A DNA stretch of 64,000 bases from a virus (taxonomy: Duplodnaviria > Caudoviricetes), in IMG/VR virus record IMGVR_UViG_3300009182_000063, positions 571 through 64,570 of that record; one strand, 5' to 3'. Under the pieces are notes generated by a model that saw nothing but the letters and a program-made list of their open reading frames with translations, made no database searches and was not told where the DNA came from. How positions within the stretch are numbered: position 1 is the stretch's first letter; every line of letters starts with the position of its first letter. The translations under genes were made by a program, and so were the position numbers. Positions 46,952-55,399 of this stretch are shown here, piece after piece.

Positions 46952-48066
46952 CACAATCAGCTGTTATAGCCCAGCAAGGTGCATCAGATTACTCTGGCAC
47001 CTTCAGAAATAAAATAATCAATGGCGATATGCGTATCGACCAAAGGAATGCTGGCGCATCTGTAACTAACACAAGTGATGCAATTTACTGTATTGATAGA
47101 TGGCAGATGTATGGCTATCCTCAAAACACAAGTGCTATTTCTGCGCAGCAAGTTTCCACCCCAACACTTTCTGGATATACTAATTCGGTAAAAATAACTT
47201 CACTTGCTGCAGCAACTGTTGGTTCTTTATCGTATACAAGTTTATGTCAACAAATTGAAGGATATAATATTCATGATTTGGCATGGGGAACAGCTTCTGC
47301 TAAAACAGTTACACTATCTTTCTGGGTTTACTCATCAATAACAGGTGTGTTTGGTGGGTCTTTACAAAATAGTGCAAGAAATCGTTGTTATCCATTCACT
47401 TATACTATTTCTTCTGCTAATACTTGGACTTATATTTCTTTAAGTATTCCTGGTTGTACTGATGGAACATGGTTAGTAAATAATGCAGTTGGTATTCAAC
47501 TTGCATTTCAACTAGGAATAGGTTCAACATATTCTGGAACTGCTGGTTCTTGGTCTACCAGTAATCTTTGGGGTGCAACTGGCGCAACCAATATTATAAC
47601 AACCAATGGCGCAACATGGTATGTTACTGGTGTTCAGTTAGAAACTGGATCATCGGCAACTGCGTTTGAGCGTCGTCCTTTTGGTTTAGAATTATCGCTG
47701 TGTCAACGATATTACATAAAATCATATAACATAGAAACTGCTCCAGGAACAAATCAAAGTGGTGCTGGTATAGGTAACACATCATATAGAAACCAAGATT
47801 ATAGTAGTACTAGATCAACATTTTCTTCTCCTGTTTATTTTCCAGTACAAATGAGAGCAACGCCCACTGTAACAATATATTCTCTCCCTGGGACTTCTGG
47901 AAATTATAGCATTGGATCTCAACCACAATTGAATGATGGTACTGGTTCTGCTGCAGCAACAACAATTTACTCTACAGGAACAAGAGGGTTTGCTGGAGTT
48001 GAAACTGGCGGTATTACTGCTGGGCAATTTTTTAATTTCCACTATACTGCAGTGTCGGAGTTATAA
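46948..48066 (+). CDS. Fibre/receptor-binding protein, AEL family copy 5
   Basis: Same N-terminus as copy 4 (MTQ..V.AQ.G..DYSGTFRNKIING); LCQRYY; ends VSEL. Confidence 0.7.
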   Translation: MTQSAVIAQQGASDYSGTFRNKIINGDMRIDQRNAGASVTNTSDAIYCIDRWQMYGYPQNTSAISAQQVSTPTLSGYTNSVKITSLAAATVGSLSYTSLCQQIEGYNIHDLAWGTASAKTVTLSFWVYSSITGVFGGSLQNSARNRCYPFTYTISSANTWTYISLSIPGCTDGTWLVNNAVGIQLAFQLGIGSTYSGTAGSWSTSNLWGATGATNIITTNGATWYVTGVQLETGSSATAFERRPFGLELSLCQRYYIKSYNIETAPGTNQSGAGIGNTSYRNQDYSSTRSTFSSPVYFPVQMRATPTVTIYSLPGTSGNYSIGSQPQLNDGTGSAAATTIYSTGTRGFAGVETGGITAGQFFNFHYTAVSEL

Positions 48067-48067
48067 C

Positions 48068-48364
48068 ATGTATAAATTAATAGAAATAACAAAAGAAGAC
48101 GGATCAAAATATAAAGTTACTGATTCTGTTCAAAGAATATCTGATTTAGCATTTATTCCTTTCGATCCATCTAATAGAGACTTTCAAGAATTCATCAGAC
48201 TGCTTCATGAGTCAAGAGTAAATAAAGCAACTGGTAAAGCAGACAATGGATTTAAACTTTTCAATGCCGATGATGACACAGAAGTTGATATAGATATACT
48301 GAAGCAGTTAGAACAAAAATATTTCTTAGGTCCACGTGAGTGGGTCAATGCTCAACAATTTTAA
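48068..48364 (+). CDS. Small partner protein of AEL copy 5
   Basis: MYKL...RISDLAFIPFDPSNRDFQEF. Confidence 0.7.
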   Translation: MYKLIEITKEDGSKYKVTDSVQRISDLAFIPFDPSNRDFQEFIRLLHESRVNKATGKADNGFKLFNADDDTEVDIDILKQLEQKYFLGPREWVNAQQF

Positions 48365-48376
48365 AGGAAAAAAGAT

Positions 48377-48556
48377 ATGGCAATTTTAAAAGTTCAACCA
48401 GCAATGAACGCTGGTCCATTCTTTGAGAATATTCAAACTATTAGCACCAGCTACACAATTAGTGCTAATAGCAACGCAGTTTCCGCTGGTCCAGTGACAA
48501 TTGCCTCAGGCATTACTGTTACTATTCCATCGGGCAGTCGTTGGATTATTCTATAA
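48377..48556 (+). CDS. 59-aa virion protein (missing from the ORF track)
   Basis: MAILKVQPAMNAGPFFENIQTISTSYTISANSNAVSAGPVTIASGITVTIPSGSRWIIL*; motif seen at the ends of phage fibre proteins; AAGGAA RBS. Confidence 0.7.
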   Translation: MAILKVQPAMNAGPFFENIQTISTSYTISANSNAVSAGPVTIASGITVTIPSGSRWIIL

Positions 48557-48559
48557 ATA
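48552..48559 (+). promoter_or_regulatory. T4-type late promoter TATAAATA
   Basis: Exact consensus 23 nt upstream of the 48583 ATG. Confidence 0.7.
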
Positions 48560-48582
48560 GAAAAAGATAAGGATAAACTATA

Positions 48583-49113
48583 ATGGCTGTGACTATCAAT
48601 GCCACCACAACGCAAGGTTTACTGGTAACACCAGATAACAGTGGACTACTTCAATTTCAATTGAATGGTGTTAATCTACCACAACCAACTGTTATGCCAT
48701 GTTTCAGTGTTACTAGATCCGCTGATCAAAGTGTTACTCAAAATGCATACACAAGAATAAACTGGGATGTAAAAAACTTTGACACAAATAATAATTTTGA
48801 TGCATCTACAAATTATAGATATACTCCAACTGTAGCTGGATATTATATATTTCACTGTGGGTTTTTCAATAATCCAGGTGGAGCGGGACAGTTTGTTACA
48901 GCAGTTAGAAAGAATGGTGGCAATCAATCCCCAGTTGGAAATTTGGTGATTGGTGGTACAGCAGTCGGTGGCGGTACAATGGTATCAACGACTGTTTTAC
49001 TATTTGCAAATGGAAGTACTGATTATTTTGATACTGCAATTTATGCATCAACTGCATCGCCAACTATCCAAGCATCTTCTACATTCTATGGTTATTTTGT
49101 GAGAGGTGTATAA
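48583..49113 (+). CDS. C1q-like globular-domain fibre protein 1
   Basis: PCFSV, FDTNNNFD, RYTPTVAGYY.F, NGSTDYF, TFYGY. Confidence 0.65.
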   Translation: MAVTINATTTQGLLVTPDNSGLLQFQLNGVNLPQPTVMPCFSVTRSADQSVTQNAYTRINWDVKNFDTNNNFDASTNYRYTPTVAGYYIFHCGFFNNPGGAGQFVTAVRKNGGNQSPVGNLVIGGTAVGGGTMVSTTVLLFANGSTDYFDTAIYASTASPTIQASSTFYGYFVRGV

Positions 49114-49292
49114 TGACATTATACCAAAAAATTATTAGACTATACCCAGAACTTGAGACATATGATTTTGCTTTTGGTGCTATTCGTTTAGAAAACAACT
49201 CTGATGGTGATGGTGAGTTCATTGCCAAGTGGGAACACCCAACTTTAAAACAACCAACTCGTGCGCAATTAAATGCGGTTAAGGATAAGTAA
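49113..49292 (+). CDS. XkdW-like small partner 1 (59 aa, missing from the ORF track)
   Basis: MTLYQKIIRLYPEL...LENNSDGDGEFIAKWEHPTLKQPTRAQL; TAATG coupling on both sides. Confidence 0.7.
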   Translation: MTLYQKIIRLYPELETYDFAFGAIRLENNSDGDGEFIAKWEHPTLKQPTRAQLNAVKDK

Positions 49293-49843
49293 TGGCTGTA
49301 ACTTTTAATGCTACAACAACTCAGGGAATGATTGTTACTCCAGATAACAGCGGAACATTTCAGTTTCAGTCTAATGGCGCAAACATCGCAACACTCACTG
49401 CTGCTCCTGCGTTTAGTGCTTATTCATCATCGACTCAAATTGTTTCTTCTGGGGTAACCACAAAAGTAATTTTTGGTACAGAGTCATATGACACCAACTC
49501 TAATTACGACACCACATTATCTAGATTTACACCAACTGTAGCGGGTTATTACCAAATGAATGTTTCAATTGCAACGGCTGCAGATACTAGTATTTCCAGT
49601 TCTAGATTTTATATAGCAAAGAACGGCTCTGGTCAATATGTCCCCTCAATTGAAAATACAGGATTGACTGGTACTGGATATTACACACCAGCATTTGCTG
49701 CTCTAGTTTATGCAAATGGAACAACTGATTATTTTGAAGTTTATGGTTTTGTTGAAGGTACTGGGACAAACAGATACTTTTTTTCTTCTAGTACTGGAAT
49801 ACACGCAACAGTATTTCAAGGTATATTGGTAAGGAGCGCATAA
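49292..49843 (+). CDS. C1q-like globular-domain fibre protein 2
   Basis: Same N-terminus as 48583 (MAVT.NATTTQG..VTPDNSG); PAFSAY, YDTNSNYD, RFTPTVAGYYQ, NGTTDYFE. Confidence 0.65.
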   Translation: MAVTFNATTTQGMIVTPDNSGTFQFQSNGANIATLTAAPAFSAYSSSTQIVSSGVTTKVIFGTESYDTNSNYDTTLSRFTPTVAGYYQMNVSIATAADTSISSSRFYIAKNGSGQYVPSIENTGLTGTGYYTPAFAALVYANGTTDYFEVYGFVEGTGTNRYFFSSSTGIHATVFQGILVRSA

Positions 49844-49844
49844 C

Positions 49845-50027
49845 ATGACATTGCCAGAAAAAATTAAAGCACTTTATCCAGAATTAGTAGATGCTGATTT
49901 TATGGGACGAAACGCAACCATACATCTTCAAAACGATTCAGACGGAAAAGGCGACTACATCGCTGAGTGGAAACACCCTACCTTGGCCAAGCCAACACAA
50001 GAACAATTAGATGCAGTTAAGGAATAA
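49845..50027 (+). CDS. XkdW-like small partner 2
   Basis: MTLPEKIKALYPEL...LQNDSDGKGDYIAEWKHPTLAKPTQEQL. Confidence 0.7.
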   Translation: MTLPEKIKALYPELVDADFMGRNATIHLQNDSDGKGDYIAEWKHPTLAKPTQEQLDAVKE

Positions 50028-50030
50028 TAA

Positions 50031-51161
50031 ATGCTAGTACTAAGCGGTAATGACAATGTTGTAACTGTTCCAGCACTATCTGGTAGTACTGGTGGTACAA
50101 CAACTGGTCTGTACTATCCAACAAGCAATCAAGTAGCACTGGCCACTAATGGTTCAGAAGCAATACGCATCGATAACAATCAAAATGTATTGGTTGGGTC
50201 TGGAAGCAGTAATCCATTCAATAGCAAATTTTATCTAACTGGAACACCCACTGCAAATGCACCTATTGCTAGTTTTTATAGTCAAGGTAATTCAAGCACA
50301 GCAGGTATTGGTTTATATAACGATTCAGCAAGCGTTGGAATTTGGTCATCCTCTGGAAATTTAATATTTAGAACAAATGGAAATTTAGCGTCTGGCTCAG
50401 AAACAATGCGTATCGACTCCTCAGGTTTTGTTGGTATCGGCACAAATTCTCCATCTAGTTATGGAAAATTATCAGTTACTGGAACAACATCATTGGGTGT
50501 TGATCAAACCAGTTTCATATCTGTACTCGGTGGTGGTGGAACTGCAAGACTTGAAGGAAATGGTTCTGATACAAACATTAATGTTTCCTTATCTACAAAA
50601 GGTACTGGTGCACATTATTTTTGGCGTGGTGGTTATGGTGGAAGTATTACAGCACTTTTTGATGGTAGTGGTAAAGTAGGAATCGGTACAACAAACACCA
50701 CTGCCAGTGTTCACTTATTTAACTCAAGTTCCGCTGGTTTTAGAATGACTGGTGGTATTGCTGATAGTGATATCTGGCAAAGACAAGTTGTTCAGTTCGT
50801 GAATGTATTTACTTGGGCAACTGTTCTTTCCATAACTCCATCCACTGCAGGTAATACTTGGATGCGTGGGTATGTGAAGGCAAGTATTTCTGGACACAAC
50901 TCTGGTAACTATAATGCAGCTTTAATTGATGCCATTTGGTATCTAGATTTAAATGGCGGTTCTGGTGCAACTTCAGCGCAGGTTTCTGCAGGTACGGCAA
51001 CTGGAGGTGGTACTCCTGGATTTAGAGTAAATATGTCTGGTAATGTGTGGCAGATTCAAGTGCAGGCTCCTGTTACAGCACAACGATATGATGGCTGCGT
51101 TGCTCTTGAAATTGTACTATCACATGGTGCTGGTACTACCGCAACATTCACTATCGCTTAA
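50031..51161 (+). CDS. Tail fibre protein, 376 aa
   Basis: TTGLYYP, TNGSEAIRID, ETMRIDSSGFVGIGT, GKVGIGTT repeats. Confidence 0.7.
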   Translation: MLVLSGNDNVVTVPALSGSTGGTTTGLYYPTSNQVALATNGSEAIRIDNNQNVLVGSGSSNPFNSKFYLTGTPTANAPIASFYSQGNSSTAGIGLYNDSASVGIWSSSGNLIFRTNGNLASGSETMRIDSSGFVGIGTNSPSSYGKLSVTGTTSLGVDQTSFISVLGGGGTARLEGNGSDTNINVSLSTKGTGAHYFWRGGYGGSITALFDGSGKVGIGTTNTTASVHLFNSSSAGFRMTGGIADSDIWQRQVVQFVNVFTWATVLSITPSTAGNTWMRGYVKASISGHNSGNYNAALIDAIWYLDLNGGSGATSAQVSAGTATGGGTPGFRVNMSGNVWQIQVQAPVTAQRYDGCVALEIVLSHGAGTTATFTIA

Positions 51162-51168
51162 GGAAATT

Positions 51169-51378
51169 ATGGAATATAATTTATCCCCAGAACAAGTCCT
51201 ATTCAGTAAGTGGATGGATATTCGTCGACAAAGAAATCGTTTGTTGGCAGAAACAGATTGGTGGGCAGTATCTGACAGAGTTATGTCTGACGATGAAAAA
51301 CAATATCGTCAGGATCTAAGAGATTTGCCAAGCAAGTTTAATACTCCTGAAGATGTAGTGTTTCCTGAAAACCCTTAA
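51169..51378 (+). CDS. Tail fibre assembly chaperone-like protein
   Basis: W.DIRRQRNRLLAETDW....D......YRQDLRDLP.......FPENP; AAGGAA RBS. Confidence 0.75.
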   Translation: MEYNLSPEQVLFSKWMDIRRQRNRLLAETDWWAVSDRVMSDDEKQYRQDLRDLPSKFNTPEDVVFPENP

Positions 51379-51397
51379 TATAAAGTAGAGAAAATAA

Positions 51398-52012
51398 ATG
51401 GCAATCATACTAGACGGATCACTGGGAGAATCCAATGCTTCTTGGACAACTTCAGGTCGCCCATCAAGTCCATCAGCTGGGCAGATGGGTTTCAATACGA
51501 CACTGGGTGCCATTGAAACATATAATGGCAGTGCTTGGTATCAGGCAGGTAGAGCAGGGAATGTAATACAGGTAGTTCAATATTCTACTGGTTCAAGTTA
51601 TTCAGTCACCTCTACAACTTTTACAGCTACTGGATGGACGGGATCAATTACTCCACAGTTTTCAACTAGTAAAATTCTAGTTAGTATTAGTGCTGGTCAA
51701 TGGAGAATTACTACAAATGCCCTTCAAGAAGGATGGGCTCAATTGTGGAGAAGTATTGGTGGTGGGGCATATTCAGCACTAGGTCAAACTGGTGGAGCTG
51801 CTGGTGGTAGTGGTGATATCCACGAGATTCTAATACCGCCTGCTAATAATCCATTTGCAGTTTCTCATAGTGTTTTGTATTTAGATAGTCCAAATACAAC
51901 TTCTCAAGTAACTTACCAACCATATGCTAAAACTAATAGTAGTGGTACGACAATTTATTATAACATGTCCAGCCCTGTTATGCTTATGACTTTAATGGAG
52001 ATTGCAGCATGA
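51398..52012 (+). CDS. Fibre-associated protein, 204 aa
   Basis: WTTSGRPSSP..GQMGFNT, GNVIQVV, ITPQFSTSKILV, YLDSPNTTS.VTY, TLMEIAA. Confidence 0.65.
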   Translation: MAIILDGSLGESNASWTTSGRPSSPSAGQMGFNTTLGAIETYNGSAWYQAGRAGNVIQVVQYSTGSSYSVTSTTFTATGWTGSITPQFSTSKILVSISAGQWRITTNALQEGWAQLWRSIGGGAYSALGQTGGAAGGSGDIHEILIPPANNPFAVSHSVLYLDSPNTTSQVTYQPYAKTNSSGTTIYYNMSSPVMLMTLMEIAA

Positions 52013-52272
52013 TTCTTAAACATGAAGCGATTTATGCAACACATCCTAATGTGGTTAATATCCGTGGCGATGTTGCGTATGACCAAAACGAAAATATCGT
52101 TGAATATGATGAGGCAGTTGTTCAAGCACATATCGACGCAAATGAATATAAAGAACTTCGCCGAGCAGAATATCCATCCTACGCAGATCAATTTGATACA
52201 ATTTTCCATGACGGAATTGATGCGTGGAAAGCAAAGATTCAAGCAGTGAAAACTAAATATCCAAAAGGATAA
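52009..52272 (+). CDS. Small partner protein, 87 aa
   Basis: ATGA overlap; YKELRRAEYPSYADQFD.IFH.G...WK..I.AVK.KYPK. Confidence 0.7.
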   Translation: MILKHEAIYATHPNVVNIRGDVAYDQNENIVEYDEAVVQAHIDANEYKELRRAEYPSYADQFDTIFHDGIDAWKAKIQAVKTKYPKG

Positions 52273-52275
52273 TAA

Positions 52276-53343
52276 ATGGCATACGGTAATCTAGCAGTTG
52301 ACACAATAACAACAAGTACGGGACAAATCATTGGTGCTTCTTCATCAGCCACGATGAAGAATCGTATCATCAATGGTGATATGCGTATTGATCAAAGATA
52401 TGCTGGCTCTGCAACTGCCAACAGTATTAATTCATATACTGTTGATAGATGGGAAGTGTGGCAAACTACAACTGGAAAACTTGTGGCACAACAAGTTACT
52501 GATGCGCCAACTGGTTTTATAAATTCGTTGAAAGTCACATCACAATCAGCATATTCAATGTCTACTGGTGAATTGTTTAGAATATTACAATTTATTGAGG
52601 GTTATAATGTCGCCGATTTCGCCTATGGAACTGCCTCTGCTGTAACAGTTACATTATCATTTTGGGCTAAATCGTCTTTAACTGGAACATTCGGTGGCGC
52701 ATATGGTAGAAATGATGGTCTAAGAACTTACCCATTCGTTTATACAATAAATCAAGCAAATACTTGGGAATATAAAACTATTGTAATTCCTGGCGATACA
52801 TCAGGAACATACGCTAAAGATAATACTGCAGCAATTGCTTTACAATTTTGTTTAGGTATTGGTACTGCTGCTATTGGCGGAACTGCATTTACATGGGGTA
52901 CTTCAGCAGTTGGTGCTTCTGTGGTAGGAACATCAGTTGTCGGTACATCTGGTGCTACATATCAAATAACTGGTGTTCAGTTAGAAGTTGGTTCAACTGC
53001 AACTACTTTTGACTATCGTCACTATGGTCAAGAGTTACAGTTGTGTCAACGCTACTATCAGTCTCTAGGAAATGTTGGTCTATCATCTTATAATGCTTCA
53101 GGAGTAATTGGGTTTGTTTTTCCAACTGCAATGAGAGCAACACCAACAATTACATGGAGTTATAACGGCACAAGTAATGCAATTTATAGATTTGCCGATG
53201 CTGTAGTATCAACACTATCATCGCCTACTGTAATTGCTACTAATACTGGAATGCAAACTATGTACGCTTTTAGTCCAGCAAGTTGGGCAGGGGCATCTGG
53301 ATATGGATATCAAGCAGCATTTGTTCTTAATGCGGAGTTATAA
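52276..53343 (+). CDS. Fibre/receptor-binding protein, AEL family copy 6
   Basis: MAYGNLAVDTI anchor; KNRIINGDMRIDQR core; FDYRHYGQELQLCQRYY; NAEL. Confidence 0.7.
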   Translation: MAYGNLAVDTITTSTGQIIGASSSATMKNRIINGDMRIDQRYAGSATANSINSYTVDRWEVWQTTTGKLVAQQVTDAPTGFINSLKVTSQSAYSMSTGELFRILQFIEGYNVADFAYGTASAVTVTLSFWAKSSLTGTFGGAYGRNDGLRTYPFVYTINQANTWEYKTIVIPGDTSGTYAKDNTAAIALQFCLGIGTAAIGGTAFTWGTSAVGASVVGTSVVGTSGATYQITGVQLEVGSTATTFDYRHYGQELQLCQRYYQSLGNVGLSSYNASGVIGFVFPTAMRATPTITWSYNGTSNAIYRFADAVVSTLSSPTVIATNTGMQTMYAFSPASWAGASGYGYQAAFVLNAEL

Positions 53344-53344
53344 A

Positions 53345-53542
53345 ATGACAAATTATGTTTCAGGTCCAATGTATAAAATAGTTTTAGGTAGAATTGAAAA
53401 AAATATCTGTGGTATTATTAGATTAACAGATGATGCGTTTATTCCAATGGATCCAGCAAACAGAGATTATGCAGAGTATTTAAAGTGGATCGACGCAGGA
53501 AATGTGCCACAGTTACCTGACCTTCCTCAAGAAAACACATAG
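53345..53542 (+). CDS. Small partner protein of AEL copy 6
   Basis: IIRLTDDAFIPMDPANRDYAEYLKWIDAGNVP. Confidence 0.7.
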   Translation: MTNYVSGPMYKIVLGRIEKNICGIIRLTDDAFIPMDPANRDYAEYLKWIDAGNVPQLPDLPQENT

Positions 53543-53551
53543 GAATAATAA

Positions 53552-54532
53552 ATGGCATACGGTAATTTAGCAGTTGATACGATAACAACCAGCACTGGTC
53601 AAGTGGTCGGTGCATCTTCTGCTTCTAGCATGAAGAATCGTCTTATCAATGGCGCCATGACATTTTGGCAGCGTGGTACAAGTTCATCTTCGACAGGTTA
53701 TCTTGCTGATCGTTGGAATTTCTATGCTGACTCATCAAGAACTTTTGCTCGTTCAACTGATGTACCATCTGGATTTCAATATTCTTCTTCCTTGACTGGA
53801 ACAGGTAGCACTGGACTTACACAATACATTGAGTCTGTTAACTGTGCCGATCTTGGTGCGCAAACAATCACTGTTTCTTTTTGGTTGAAACAAACTTCAG
53901 GCGCAGGTACTAACGCAATCGCACTAAACCTTTACTACGCAAGCACTACAGATGCTACCTATTCAACTAGAATCGGCACTCAGCAACAATTCAATACAAC
54001 TTCTTCATGGCAACAATATAGTGCTACTTTCACAGCACTTCCATCTTCTGTTGCCAATGGTATTCAGGTAACAATAGTAACAACAAGTGGATCGGCAGTG
54101 ACTTTCCTTGTTACTGGTGTTCAGGTAGAACTCGGTGCTTCGCCAACTTCCTATGAGTACAGACACTATGGACAAGAGTTGAGATTATGTCTAAGATACT
54201 ATGAGATTATGAATGATCAATATTATCCACTACATATTCCTTATGGATATTCACTATATGCTGCTGGATATTGGAGATTTTTAGAACCAAAAAGAGCAAC
54301 ACCAACAGTATCAGATGCAAGAAGTGTAACTGGTACAACATTTGCTAGTGCTGTTGATCAATTTGGTCAAGGATCTTTTACACCGACCAGCATGCAAATT
54401 GATAGTCCTACACAATATGGTTGTCGCATTGCTTTAATTTTTACTGGTTCTCTTGGAACAGCAGGAACTACCCATGGTGATATGATTAATATACAAAAAT
54501 CTGGTTTCTTCCAAGCAAGTGCGGAGTTATAA
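53552..54532 (+). CDS. Fibre/receptor-binding protein, AEL family copy 7
   Basis: MAYGNLAVDTI anchor; KNRLINGAMTFWQRG core; YEYRHYGQELRLCLRYY; SAEL. Confidence 0.7.
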   Translation: MAYGNLAVDTITTSTGQVVGASSASSMKNRLINGAMTFWQRGTSSSSTGYLADRWNFYADSSRTFARSTDVPSGFQYSSSLTGTGSTGLTQYIESVNCADLGAQTITVSFWLKQTSGAGTNAIALNLYYASTTDATYSTRIGTQQQFNTTSSWQQYSATFTALPSSVANGIQVTIVTTSGSAVTFLVTGVQVELGASPTSYEYRHYGQELRLCLRYYEIMNDQYYPLHIPYGYSLYAAGYWRFLEPKRATPTVSDARSVTGTTFASAVDQFGQGSFTPTSMQIDSPTQYGCRIALIFTGSLGTAGTTHGDMINIQKSGFFQASAEL

Positions 54533-54717
54533 TGTACAAATTTTACAAAAAGATGGATAGTACAATTGATGATACTGGTATCATTCGTATGTTCAATTCG
54601 TGGAATGAACCAACACCGAACCCTGCTTATGTTCCCTTTGATCCAAAGAACAGAGACTATCAAGAGTATCTTAAGTGGCTTGCCATTGGAAATACACCAC
54701 TTCCTGCTGATGATTAA
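54532..54717 (+). CDS. Small partner protein of AEL copy 7
   Basis: MYKF...VPFDPKNRDYQEYLKWLAIGNTPLPADD. Confidence 0.7.
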   Translation: MYKFYKKMDSTIDDTGIIRMFNSWNEPTPNPAYVPFDPKNRDYQEYLKWLAIGNTPLPADD

Positions 54718-54722
54718 TTAGA

Positions 54723-54746
54723 GACCCCACTGCGGTGGGGTTTTAT
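54723..54746 (+). terminator. Intrinsic terminator closing the fibre-cassette array
   Basis: ACCCCAC-TGCG-GTGGGGT stem-loop followed by TTTATCTTT. Confidence 0.85.
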
Positions 54747-54764
54747 CTTTGCATTCTCCAGTTT

Positions 54765-54772
54765 TATAAATA
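54765..54772 (+). promoter_or_regulatory. T4-type late promoter TATAAATA
   Basis: Exact consensus just after the terminator and 25 nt before the 54798 ATG. Confidence 0.8.
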
Positions 54773-54797
54773 TAGATATAACAGTCTGAGGATATTG

Positions 54798-55133
54798 ATG
54801 GCGACAATAAGTAATTTAGTGGTTGATCAAGGTACTACCTTTAGTAGCATCATTTCGCTCACAAATCAAGATGGAACAGCAATGAATTTGACAAGTTACA
54901 CTGTTAAGTCGCAGTTCCGTAAGTCGTATCAATCTTCATCAGCAACAAATTTTACAGCATCTGTTTTTAATGCCACAGCTGGACAGATTAGATTACAACT
55001 TAGTCCGACAGATACTTCTGGTCTTCAAGCAGGTAGATACTTGTACGATATTGAGTTAACTTCACCGACAGGCGAGAAATCTCGTGCGTTGGAAGGGTTA
55101 GTTATACTTACTCCAGAAATTACTAAGACATGA
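54798..55133 (+). CDS. Conserved virion protein (start re-assigned to MATISNL)
   Basis: NLVVDQGTTFS, NLTSYT..SQFRKSY, T..L.AGRYLYDIE, RALEG....PEIT; GAGG RBS. Confidence 0.7.
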   Translation: MATISNLVVDQGTTFSSIISLTNQDGTAMNLTSYTVKSQFRKSYQSSSATNFTASVFNATAGQIRLQLSPTDTSGLQAGRYLYDIELTSPTGEKSRALEGLVILTPEITKT

Positions 55134-55381
55134 GTGATATAACAGCAACTGTAATTACTGGTTCAAATATCAATGCGTCAATTGATGTGCAATCGATACC
55201 AACTGTATATGCGGTTGGTATCCAAGGTCTATCCGCAACACAAATTGGCATTGCTGGAATAGCTGATGTTGATGCGCTTGGTGCCAGCGATGGATCAGTT
55301 TTGGTTTATAAAGCAGCAACAAATAAATGGACAGCAACCACAGTACTAGACTCTCAAGATGTAACTGGTGGACAATATTAA
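55130..55381 (+). CDS. Small virion protein, 83 aa
   Basis: ATGA overlap; ADVD....DGSVLVY.A.T.KW.AT, ends TGGQY. Confidence 0.65.
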   Translation: MSDITATVITGSNINASIDVQSIPTVYAVGIQGLSATQIGIAGIADVDALGASDGSVLVYKAATNKWTATTVLDSQDVTGGQY

Positions 55382-55399
55382 TATTCGGAGAAATAAAAG

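Noticed and set aside
39469-54532. GCGGAGTTATAA repeats as a CRISPR array or invertible shufflon sites
   Set aside because: Only 12 nt, spaced by kilobases, all in direct orientation, inside coding sequence, and no recombinase or cas gene in the window; an embedded SD is the simpler explanation.
38191-54717. Diversity-generating retroelement behind the variable fibre tips
   Set aside because: No reverse transcriptase in the window and no near-identical template/variable repeat pair differing only at adenines; tip divergence is general. An RT elsewhere in the genome cannot be excluded.
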